A stretch of 41,500 bases of DNA from Chthoniobacterales bacterium (GTDB taxonomy: Bacteria; Verrucomicrobiota; Verrucomicrobiia; Chthoniobacterales; UBA10450), in contig DASQXY010000030.1 of assembly GCA_035639455.1 (NCBI GenBank), positions 1 to 41,500 of the forward strand, read 5' to 3'. A program made the position numbers and the translations under genes. Of this stretch, positions 7,145 through 15,181 are shown piece after piece. Below the pieces are notes generated by a model. That model worked only from the letters and a program-made list of their open reading frames with translations. It had not been told where the DNA came from and searched no databases. Positions within the stretch are counted from its first letter, which is position 1, and every line of letters starts with the position of its first letter.

Positions 7145-8803
7145 TCACGGCTCTCCCAGGTACTCCCACTTTTGTACCGCGATCGGCACGTTCCCATTTT
7201 TCCAAACGAAGTCGTGAAAGGCGCGAAGATCGAATCGGTTTCCGAGTTGCAGCCGCGCCTCGGCGAGGAATTTCGTAATCTGGAGTTTGCCGATCTGATA
7301 GGTGATCGCTTGTCCTGGGCCGGTGGCGAAGGCCGTCGCCTCCTGCCGAGCGGTTTGCGCGTCCATTGGCACTTTCTCCTGTAAGTAACTCGCTGCCTGA
7401 TCGAGTGTGAATTTGCCGAGCGAGAGGTTCACGTCCACTTCCACACGCAGGGCGCGCAAGCGCATGAAGTTGTAGATGATCTCGCGGGTATGCGGGCTGT
7501 CGTCGAACAAGCCCGCCTGCAACATCATTTCCTCAGCGTAAAAGCCGATGCCTTCGTTCGCACCCGAGTCGTAATAATGCCGACGGATTGGGTCCTCGTG
7601 TTTCCAGGAAAGGCAAAGTTGCAAATAATGACCGGGAATTCCCTCATGCACGCAGATTGGCCGCGGATCCAGTGCCGTTGCACGCCAGAAGTAACCAAGT
7701 TTGTCCGATGGCTCGGGAACGTAGCGAACGCAATTTTCCTTGAGCCGTGACGGTGAAGTGAAATCATCGTTCTCACTGAACCCGAGTACGCGCAAATACT
7801 CGGGTGTCCGGCGCAACGTGTAGTGCTGCATCCATTTAGGCACAGTCAGAATGCCGCGCTTGTCCAGAAACTCGCGAATTTGCAGTTCCTTTGCCGCGGC
7901 ATCCTTTATCCAATTGTCAACGTCCTCGGCCATCTTGAGCGGGGACACATCTTTGTTCCGGTTCTTCTCGTAAGTCTCGAACGCGACCGCACGGTTCCAT
8001 TCCTGCCTCGCCATGGCCAAAAGTTCTTCGGGCGTAAACGGCATCAGTGCGACGTTCTTCAAAAACCAGACGTAAGCGTCGCGACCCAAGGCAGTCTCCT
8101 GCGGTAGTGAAGGCAATTTGTCCTGGAGCTCTTGCCGATACTTCTCCAGTGCATCGGCCGCGCGATCAGTCGTGCTGTAGAGCTCCTGGTCGTTGAGCGT
8201 TGTCGATTTTAGCAGCGCGACCGCCATCTGATGCAGCCGCGGCCGGATGCTTTCTAAAGCCTGCACTGTGGCGGTTGCGAATGGCGCTGGCGGGTTAACG
8301 ACGTTTTCGGTGCCGCTCTGCAAGATCGCCGGAATATTTTCGATGCGCGTCAGGATCTCGCGGCTGCGCGCTTCGTCGAATGGCGGCGGGATCGTGAGCG
8401 CTTCCGCGAGCGCGGTCAGCGTCTGTTCAATATAAAAATTCGGGTCGCGCTTCCATCGCGGATTTTTATCGAGTTCCCACTGAACACGCGCCAGCGCTGA
8501 GCCAATCAGTCGATAGTCCACCTGCTGTGCGATCGTCCAGCCGCTCGAGTCGATCTTTTTCCAGCGCGCTTCGAACTCCGCCAGATCTTTGCGTCGGTTG
8601 TCGATGCTCGCGCGCGACCAATCACGCGGTCCGCCGGGTCGCTCGATGCGATTGACGTCGTCACCCGTGAACGGCGCGTACTGCGCGCGCCACTTCCAGA
8701 AATCATCCGCCAGTTTTTGCAGCGATTCTGTTTGCGCGAGAGCGCCGACGCGCAACACGTATAAAACCGACAGCGACAAGGTCGAGATGCGTGCGCCGTT
8801 CAT
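7145..8803 (-). CDS. DUF885-family protein (putative exported metallopeptidase-like)
   Basis: 552-aa ORF with an N-terminal signal-like segment (LSLSVLYVLRVGALAQTE). It contains the VHEGIPGHYLQ motif characteristic of DUF885. Confidence 0.75.
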   Translation of the reverse strand: MNGARISTLSLSVLYVLRVGALAQTESLQKLADDFWKWRAQYAPFTGDDVNRIERPGGPRDWSRASIDNRRKDLAEFEARWKKIDSSGWTIAQQVDYRLIGSALARVQWELDKNPRWKRDPNFYIEQTLTALAEALTIPPPFDEARSREILTRIENIPAILQSGTENVVNPPAPFATATVQALESIRPRLHQMAVALLKSTTLNDQELYSTTDRAADALEKYRQELQDKLPSLPQETALGRDAYVWFLKNVALMPFTPEELLAMARQEWNRAVAFETYEKNRNKDVSPLKMAEDVDNWIKDAAAKELQIREFLDKRGILTVPKWMQHYTLRRTPEYLRVLGFSENDDFTSPSRLKENCVRYVPEPSDKLGYFWRATALDPRPICVHEGIPGHYLQLCLSWKHEDPIRRHYYDSGANEGIGFYAEEMMLQAGLFDDSPHTREIIYNFMRLRALRVEVDVNLSLGKFTLDQAASYLQEKVPMDAQTARQEATAFATGPGQAITYQIGKLQITKFLAEARLQLGNRFDLRAFHDFVWKNGNVPIAVQKWEYLGEP

Positions 8804-8812
8804 GATTTCGCT

Positions 8813-10636
8813 TTAGCGCAGCGGCAGTTGAATCGCACTCGGGTGCTGCGCATCGTGATAGACCTGAATGTGACAGGTGTGGGCGTCCTTGGCGGTTTCG
8901 TCTGCAACCACGCCTCCCGAGCAGTAATTCTTTTGCGAGAAAATCGAATTCAGCGCGGTGACGACGAGTCGGAGGCGGCTACGTTTCATTAAACGACGCG
9001 CGACAAACAAGCCCGGACTAAAGTCACATTTCCCGATCTCGCCCGACCTAACGAGTTTCGGTTCGCGTAGTGAATCGCGGTAACGTAGGCGACGCGCGTC
9101 GCTCCACAGGCCAATGCTCGTGCCGTCCGGCTGGATTTCGTAAAGCTCGCATTCAAGATCGATATCGGGTGTATCGATGGAGACCCAGAGCGTCACGGCC
9201 GGGCAACCGATGAGCGATGTTTCGTTAGGCAACGGCGCGGTGTGATACACCAGGCCATCCTGGCCGATGCTAAGCGCGAGGCGTTGCTCGATGCCGGCCG
9301 TCTTTTCGTTAGGCTCAGTGCCTTCGACAAATTCGCCGCGCTGCGTGTCGAGTGGATCGTAAACGAATTTGTCGATCCCGCTCTGCGATTGTTTGTCGAT
9401 CAAACTACCGGAGCGAAAGACGCCGTTGGCGCCGTCATCTTTCGAATCGAAGTAGAACGTCTTCGGATTTGCGATCAGCGTTTCAAAACTGTCGGCGTAT
9501 TTCCATTCGCCGTTCGCGCCACTGTTTCCCGGCGCGAGCAAATAGTACGCGACCTGGTTTTTCAGGAAGTCGGGCCGCTTGCCGTTTTTCATGGTCCAGT
9601 CGTACCACTGCCGATGCAGATCATTAATATCGACAACGGCCGCGGAACCGAATTTCACGCCGCCGGCTTCATCGGTTGGTGTCCGCGTCCCGAGGTGGTC
9701 CCATGGACCGATAAGCAAAAAATGTTTTGCGCGCGCTTCCGATGACGCGTTGGCGATGTGATCGCGATAGTAAGTCATCGCCCCGAGCTCATCGCCGTCG
9801 TACTGACCTGTGATGGTCAGGATTGGCAGCGATATTTTTTGAAACTGCTCTTTGCTTGGAGTCATCGCCTCATAGTAAGCATCGACCACCGGATGTTTCA
9901 GGATGCGCTGAAAATTTTGGGATGGATTGCCGACGAACGAATCCAGCTTGCTGAAGGCGATATGTTTTTTATAGGCATCGAGAAATTTGGTTCGCCAGAA
10001 TTTTGAATCGCCGAAGAGATTTTGCTGCATGGTATGGCCGCTGGTGGCGGTGAACCACTGCATATCATAGGAGTAGCCGACATTGTTGAGACTGGGATAA
10101 TCCAGCCCGGGGTGCGCGGATGCAGCTGGAACGATTGTCGCGAGATGCGGAGGAAATTCCTTAGCCGTCGCCCATTGATCGAAACCCGCGTACGAGCCGC
10201 CCCACATCGCGACTTTTCCATCGCAGAAGGGTTGTTGCGCAAACCACTCGACCACATCATGGCCATCACGCGCTTCATTGGCGAATGGTTCGAAATCGCC
10301 GGCCGAATTTCCGCGCCCGCGAACATCGACAAGTGCAAAGGCGTAGCCATGTGAGGCGAAATAAGCTGCGCGTGGATGGTAACTGTCCGCAATGTAAGGT
10401 GTCAGCGTGAAGATCACCGGCGTTCGCGGCGGTGAACCATCGGGAGTTTTCGGCAGATACAAAGTCGCGTTCAGCTCGACTTTATCGCGCATCGGAATCT
10501 TCACTCCCCAGCGGAGGTCGTAATTCGGCGGCGGAGGCGACGGCGACGCTTTCGGTTCCGGCGAAGGTGGCGGCGTTTGCGCAAGGAGCGGTATCGCGAC
10601 GCCTACGATCGCGAAGGACGCCAGCAATTTTTGCAT
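8813..10636 (-). CDS. CocE/NonD-family hydrolase (S15 X-Pro dipeptidyl-peptidase-like), exported
   Basis: 607-aa ORF. A signal peptide is followed by a Pro-rich linker (QTPPPSPEPKASPSPPPP). It has LVDVRGRGNSAGDF, the GGSYAG nucleophile elbow, and a C-terminal beta-sandwich-length region. It ends 9 nt before the DUF885 start. Confidence 0.85.
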   Translation of the reverse strand: MQKLLASFAIVGVAIPLLAQTPPPSPEPKASPSPPPPNYDLRWGVKIPMRDKVELNATLYLPKTPDGSPPRTPVIFTLTPYIADSYHPRAAYFASHGYAFALVDVRGRGNSAGDFEPFANEARDGHDVVEWFAQQPFCDGKVAMWGGSYAGFDQWATAKEFPPHLATIVPAASAHPGLDYPSLNNVGYSYDMQWFTATSGHTMQQNLFGDSKFWRTKFLDAYKKHIAFSKLDSFVGNPSQNFQRILKHPVVDAYYEAMTPSKEQFQKISLPILTITGQYDGDELGAMTYYRDHIANASSEARAKHFLLIGPWDHLGTRTPTDEAGGVKFGSAAVVDINDLHRQWYDWTMKNGKRPDFLKNQVAYYLLAPGNSGANGEWKYADSFETLIANPKTFYFDSKDDGANGVFRSGSLIDKQSQSGIDKFVYDPLDTQRGEFVEGTEPNEKTAGIEQRLALSIGQDGLVYHTAPLPNETSLIGCPAVTLWVSIDTPDIDLECELYEIQPDGTSIGLWSDARRLRYRDSLREPKLVRSGEIGKCDFSPGLFVARRLMKRSRLRLVVTALNSIFSQKNYCSGGVVADETAKDAHTCHIQVYHDAQHPSAIQLPLR

Positions 10637-10720
10637 GAGCGGCGATTCAACCGAAGCGCCCCCGCTGAAACAAGGATGTTCTTTCTTGCCGCCGGGGTCG
10701 CTTGCTCCTAAACCGGCGAG

Positions 10721-12091
10721 ATGCGCATCAGCTCTCGCTTAGCCTTCTTTGTTTTCAGCTTCGCAACTTCGGCCTTAGCTGCCGACCAGACGATCGTCCT
10801 GCGTGCGGCGCGTCTGTTCGACGGCAAATCGAACACGTTCGTGCAGAATGGCGTCGTCATCGTGCAAGGCGACAAGATTTCCGACGTCGGCAGCAATCTT
10901 CCCATCCCGAACGGCGCACAGTCGATTGATCTCGGCGATGCGACGCTCTCTCCCGGGTTCATCGACGCACACACGCATCTCACGGCCGACTTCACTAATT
11001 TCAATAAGCGGCGGCTTGACGAGCTCAGTCTCAGCGTCGCCGAACAAACCTTGCGCGCGACGACTTACGCGCGCGCCACCGTCGAAGCCGGGTTCACGAC
11101 CGTGCGCGACGTCGGCAGCCGTTTTGTCGCGAGTCGCGAGTTTGTCGATGTTGCATTGCGGAATGCGATCAATCAGGGGCTGATCGTCGGTCCGCGCATG
11201 CTCGTGGCGACGCATGGCATCGGCGCGACCGGCGGCCACTTCGATCCGACCAGCGGGTTCCGCGATTTGCTCTTCGGCGCTGAGCCGGATTACACCGACG
11301 GCATCGCCGACGGTCCGGACGAAATTCGAAAAGCCGTCCGGTTCGAAGTGAAAAACGGCGCCGATGTGATCAAAGCGGCCGTCTCAGGCGGAGTGTTTTC
11401 GCTGGCCGATGAAGTCGATACGCCGCAGTTCACACCGGCGGAAATGGCAGCGCTCGTCGATGAATCGCACCGGCTGCGCAAGAAGGTCGCTGTCCATTGT
11501 CACGGCGACACGGCGGCGCGGGATGCGATTAACGCGGGTGTTGATTCCATCGAGCACGGCTCGTTCATCAAACCTGACACGCTGCGCTTGCTCAAAGGCA
11601 AGGGAACGTACCTCACGCCCACTTTAATGGCGGTCGAGTTCATCATGGGCAAGATTGACACCTACCCGCCGGCTGTGCAGGCAAAAGCCCGCGCCGCTGC
11701 GAGCGCGCGCTCCGATATGTTTCGCAATGCGGTCAAAATGGGCCTCAAGATCTCCTTCGGTACGGATGCCGGCGTTTTTCCGCATGGCCAAAACGCGAAG
11801 GAGTTCAAGTTGATGGTCGATCTTGGCATGACCCCGATCGATGCCCTTCGCAGCGCCACATCGAACGATGCCGATTTGTTAGGCCTGGCACAGAAGCTGG
11901 GTACCCTTGAGAAGGGCAAGCTCGCTGACGTGATCGCGATGCCTGGCGATCCGATGACGGACATTACCGCGACCGAACGGGTCTCGTTCGTTATGAAGGA
12001 GGGCAAAATTATTCGCCAGGGGCCGTCGGGCGCGCCGACTCACGCAAAATCGACATCCGACGACCCGCTGCCGGGTGTTGCCGAGGAGTAG
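10721..12091 (+). CDS. amidohydrolase-superfamily metallohydrolase (COG1228-like), exported
   Basis: 456-aa ORF with signal peptide MRISSRLAFFVFSFATSALAADQ. It has the metal-binding PGFIDAHTHL, plus VHCHGD and IEHGS motifs. Confidence 0.85.
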   Translation: MRISSRLAFFVFSFATSALAADQTIVLRAARLFDGKSNTFVQNGVVIVQGDKISDVGSNLPIPNGAQSIDLGDATLSPGFIDAHTHLTADFTNFNKRRLDELSLSVAEQTLRATTYARATVEAGFTTVRDVGSRFVASREFVDVALRNAINQGLIVGPRMLVATHGIGATGGHFDPTSGFRDLLFGAEPDYTDGIADGPDEIRKAVRFEVKNGADVIKAAVSGGVFSLADEVDTPQFTPAEMAALVDESHRLRKKVAVHCHGDTAARDAINAGVDSIEHGSFIKPDTLRLLKGKGTYLTPTLMAVEFIMGKIDTYPPAVQAKARAAASARSDMFRNAVKMGLKISFGTDAGVFPHGQNAKEFKLMVDLGMTPIDALRSATSNDADLLGLAQKLGTLEKGKLADVIAMPGDPMTDITATERVSFVMKEGKIIRQGPSGAPTHAKSTSDDPLPGVAEE

Positions 12092-12098
12092 CGCAGTT

Positions 12099-12920
12099 TT
12101 ACCTGCGACTAACGATCGCGACCATCGCGCTCGTCTCACTCGCTTTGCCGATGAAGTAGAGCGACACGCCACCGGCGCCGTATACCGGATAAAACGTGTA
12201 CGGTTGCCCATCGATGAACACAGGATTGTCCCAGTCGATTCGCGTCGGCCGACTGACTCCGTAGGAACTGACCGCGACTGAATCGCTGAAGTTGAAGCGC
12301 CGATCGCGCAGGTCACCGCGCGCGTCGTATGGAGCAAAGCGAAAATTGCGCACCTCATTCCGTGGGTACCAGTCGTTCATGAAGGCATCACTCTCGCTTA
12401 CCAACGGGATCGTTCGGCTCACTTCGGTGCGCGTGGCAAACTGATCGACAAACGCCGGTTGAATATGGTCCTCGCCACCGGAGCGGTAGGAATAAAACGC
12501 AATCTCGTAATCGAGTCCGCCCCATTCGCTAAGGTTGATCGGCTGCCCGAATGCCACGTTGAACACACGCACATTGGATGTTGACGCCGGGCCGGACTCG
12601 CGCGGTGTCGTCGTTTCGCGGGCGCGGGTCGATTCCAGCGTCGCGGCAGTTTCTTTTGACACCACGAGATTGCTGTTGCGAAGCGAACTGATGAACGCGT
12701 CACTTGCCCCTTCTGACTTGAGTCGGGTTTCCTGCTGCGGCGTCAGGGCATGGAGAAGTTTGCGCCGTGCGACTTCGTTTTTGATGAACGTTTCGTTCTC
12801 ATGTGCACGAACCAGAAGCGAGAGCTCGTTGAAGTCAATCGGGCGCGCGAAGCTGAAGTTTGCGGCGACAAGCAAGGTAACGGCGGCGAGGAACGAGCTA
12901 TAAACAGTGGGGTGTTTCAT
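12099..12920 (-). CDS. hypothetical exported protein
   Basis: The ORF track gives 12099..13001. The internal ATG at 12920 yields MKHPTVYSSFLAAVTLLVAANFSFA, a signal-like N-terminus. The longer form would run through the predicted rplA promoter. I recognise no family. Confidence 0.6.
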   Translation of the reverse strand: MKHPTVYSSFLAAVTLLVAANFSFARPIDFNELSLLVRAHENETFIKNEVARRKLLHALTPQQETRLKSEGASDAFISSLRNSNLVVSKETAATLESTRARETTTPRESGPASTSNVRVFNVAFGQPINLSEWGGLDYEIAFYSYRSGGEDHIQPAFVDQFATRTEVSRTIPLVSESDAFMNDWYPRNEVRNFRFAPYDARGDLRDRRFNFSDSVAVSSYGVSRPTRIDWDNPVFIDGQPYTFYPVYGAGGVSLYFIGKASETSAMVAIVSRR

Positions 12921-12980
12921 AGCTGCTGGTTTTACCAGCTTCCCTGTAAATTTTGCAATCTCAAAATGCCAACCTGGCGG

Positions 12981-13008
12981 TTGACACGCGCTCCGGTTCA
13001 TCTATGCT
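12981..13008 (+). promoter_or_regulatory. sigma-70-type promoter candidate for the rplA operon
   Basis: TTGACA at 12981-12986, a 16-nt spacer, then TATGCT at 13003-13008. This predicts a leader of about 115 nt before the rplA ATG at 13130. Confidence 0.5.
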
Positions 13009-13129
13009 GCGCGTCCCCATTTCACCGGCAGGAGAGCAACAAGCTCGCTTGAACTGCACACCAACATGCAACTAAATCGGAGTCAACCCATTCGGATTCG
13101 CTCAGGGCACGCTCTCACTAGGAGCGGTT

Positions 13130-13834
13130 ATGAAGCATAATCGTTCCAAGAGATATCGCGCTGCCGCCGAGCAGGTCGATCGTACCAAGGCCTACAGCCT
13201 CAATGAAGCGGTCGCGACACTGAAAACACTTCCCCCGACAAACTTCGACCAGACTGTCACTGTTTCGTGTCGGCTCGGTGTCGATCCGAAGCAATCCGAC
13301 CAAATGGTGCGCGGCACATGTCCTTTGCCGCACGGCAGCGGCAAACAGGTGCGCGTCCTCGTTTTTGCCGAAGGCGAGGCGGCGACGGCGGCGAAAGGAG
13401 CGGGCGCGGAATATGTTGGCTTCAAAGACTTTATTCAGAAGGTCCAGGACGGATTTCAGGATTTCGATGTGACAATTGCAACGCCTGCCGCGATGATTGA
13501 AGTGCGTAAGCTCGGAAAAGTCCTTGGTCCGCGCGGATTGATGCCGAATCCGAAGACTGGAACTGTGACGGACGATACGGCTAAAGCGGTCCAGGAAGTG
13601 AAAGCCGGGCGCGTCGAGTTCAAGCTCGACAAAAACGGGAATGTCGCGGCGCCGGTTGGGAAGTTTTCATTCGATGAGGAAAAGCTCGTGGAGAACGGAC
13701 ACGCTGTCATTGAAGCAGTGGTTAAAGCGCGACCTGCGACCGCGAAGGGCCGCTACCTTGAAGCAGTAACGATCAGTGCGACAATGTCGCCCGGCGTGCG
13801 CGTTGATCCGGCGCCGTATCTCAGCGCCGCGTAA
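13130..13834 (+). CDS. rplA: 50S ribosomal protein L1
   Basis: 234 aa. [34 protein letters not shown]...[13 protein letters not shown] is a canonical L1 sequence. An AGGAG SD lies 6 nt upstream. Confidence 0.97.
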   Translation: MKHNRSKRYRAAAEQVDRTKAYSLNEAVATLKTLPPTNFDQTVTVSCRLGVDPKQSDQMVRGTCPLPHGSGKQVRVLVFAEGEAATAAKGAGAEYVGFKDFIQKVQDGFQDFDVTIATPAAMIEVRKLGKVLGPRGLMPNPKTGTVTDDTAKAVQEVKAGRVEFKLDKNGNVAAPVGKFSFDEEKLVENGHAVIEAVVKARPATAKGRYLEAVTISATMSPGVRVDPAPYLSAA

Positions 13835-13844
13835 CATCGACATC

Positions 13845-14378
13845 ATGAGACCGGAGAAAGCCAGCATCGTCGGTGACTTGAAGGAGAAGCTTTCGCATTC
13901 TCCCTTTGTCCTCATCGCCGATTACCAGCGGATGAATGTGAATCACTTCGCCGATCTGCGGGACCGTCTCACCGCGAGCGGCGCAGAGGTGCACGTGGTG
14001 AAGAACAGTTTTCTGCGCCGGGCGATCAGCGAATCGGGTTTGCCTGACCTAGCCGATCAGCTCAAAGGCCAAACCGCAGTTGTGACTGGCGACAAAGACG
14101 CCGCGTCGGTCGCGAAAGTGCTGAAAAGCTTTGCGACCGAGTTCAAGGTTGCCGTCGTTAAGATCGGGATCGTCGATAAATCCGTCCTTTCGACGCAGCA
14201 GATCGATCAATTGGCGGAATTGCCGTCGCGTGAAGTTTTGCTCGCGCAGTTGCTCGGCTTACTTCTATCTCCGGCAACAAAGCTGGTTCGTCTGTTAAAT
14301 GAACCAGCATCGGCGTTGACGCGTCTGTTAAACACAAAGGCGAAGAAGGAGGGAAGCCAAATAGCGGCGAGCGCATAA
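13845..14378 (+). CDS. rplJ: 50S ribosomal protein L10
   Basis: The ORF-track ORF 13776..14378 overlaps rplA. The internal ATG at 13845 gives MRPEKASIVGDLKEKLSHSPFVLIADYQRMNVNHFADLRDRL, a typical L10 N-terminus. It lies 10 nt after the rplA stop. Confidence 0.95.
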   Translation: MRPEKASIVGDLKEKLSHSPFVLIADYQRMNVNHFADLRDRLTASGAEVHVVKNSFLRRAISESGLPDLADQLKGQTAVVTGDKDAASVAKVLKSFATEFKVAVVKIGIVDKSVLSTQQIDQLAELPSREVLLAQLLGLLLSPATKLVRLLNEPASALTRLLNTKAKKEGSQIAASA

Positions 14379-14388
14379 TCTTTGTAGC

Positions 14389-14495
14389 CGCGTCGGTGTG
14401 CGACGCGCGGCGGCACGGAGTGCCGCAACTACAGTCAAACAGAACAACGTCCGAGCCGATGGCTATCGGCTTTAATTCTCCGAAGGCTTTCGGAG
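14389..14495 (+). promoter_or_regulatory. four tandem GC-rich hairpins in the rplJ-rplL spacer, one of them terminator-like
   Basis: H1: 14389-14395 pairs with 14401-14407 (7 bp). H2: 14410-14416 pairs with 14420-14426 (7 bp). H3: AGCCGAT-GGCT-ATCGGCT at 14454-14471, followed by TTAATTCT. H4: CTCCGAA-GGCT-TTCGGAG at 14478-14495. An SD (GGAGGA, 14505-14510) and the rplL ATG at 14517 follow. Confidence 0.4.
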
Positions 14496-14516
14496 GCGGC
14501 GAACGGAGGAAAGAAA

Positions 14517-14915
14517 ATGGCAGATACAGCGAAATTGGTGGAGCAACTCAGCGGGTTAACCGTGCTGGAGATTGCTGGGTTGGTTAAGGAACTCGAAGAG
14601 AAGTGGGGCGTGAGCGCGGCGGCACCAGTTGCCGTGGCAGCAGCTCCGGCTGGTGGCGGTGCCGCAGCCGGCGGCGCAGCGGCTCCCGCCGCGGAAGAGA
14701 AAACAACGTTTGATGTGATTTTGACCGAGATGGGTGCCAACAAGATCGCCGTCATCAAGGAAGTCCGCGGCGCGGTGCCTGGCCTGGGTCTCGCCGAAGC
14801 AAAAGCTTTGGTCGAAGGTGCGCCCAAGACGATCAAGGAAGGCGTGACCAAGGCGGAAGCCGAAGAGATCAAGAAGAAGATCGAAGCGGCCGGCGCTAAG
14901 GTCGAAATCAAGTAA
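14517..14915 (+). CDS. rplL: 50S ribosomal protein L7/L12
   Basis: 132 aa. It has an N-terminal dimerisation helix, an Ala/Gly hinge and the C-terminal domain [34 protein letters not shown]. Confidence 0.98.
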   Translation: MADTAKLVEQLSGLTVLEIAGLVKELEEKWGVSAAAPVAVAAAPAGGGAAAGGAAAPAAEEKTTFDVILTEMGANKIAVIKEVRGAVPGLGLAEAKALVEGAPKTIKEGVTKAEAEEIKKKIEAAGAKVEIK

Positions 14916-15181
14916 GCGGTTTTTGTCGCGGTGGCTAGAAAAGCACTTGCGCGGCGGCCGTTTCTCTTTACGCTCTAATTCTGTCACGAGCAGCTATTTT
15001 TAACCCGGCGTTCGAGGGCAACTACAAAACTGGCAACAAGACAGTGGCAGTCGCATTTGACGAGCCGCGGTTTTGCTGCCATTTTTGCGCCCTTGGCTCG
15101 GCGCTGAGCGTGTAAAATTTTACCGTCGCCTACCACTTTTATCGTGGTGGGGGCGTGGTTCAACCCCTTGGAATAGTTATT

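Noticed and set aside
12921-13001. N-terminal extensions suggested by the ORF track for several genes: 12099..13001, 13776.., 15155.., 23788.., 27886..29043, 35242.., 36408.., 40201.. and ..40210.
   Set aside because: In each case an internal start reproduces the canonical family N-terminus or a signal peptide. The extension would also overlap a neighbouring gene or promoter.
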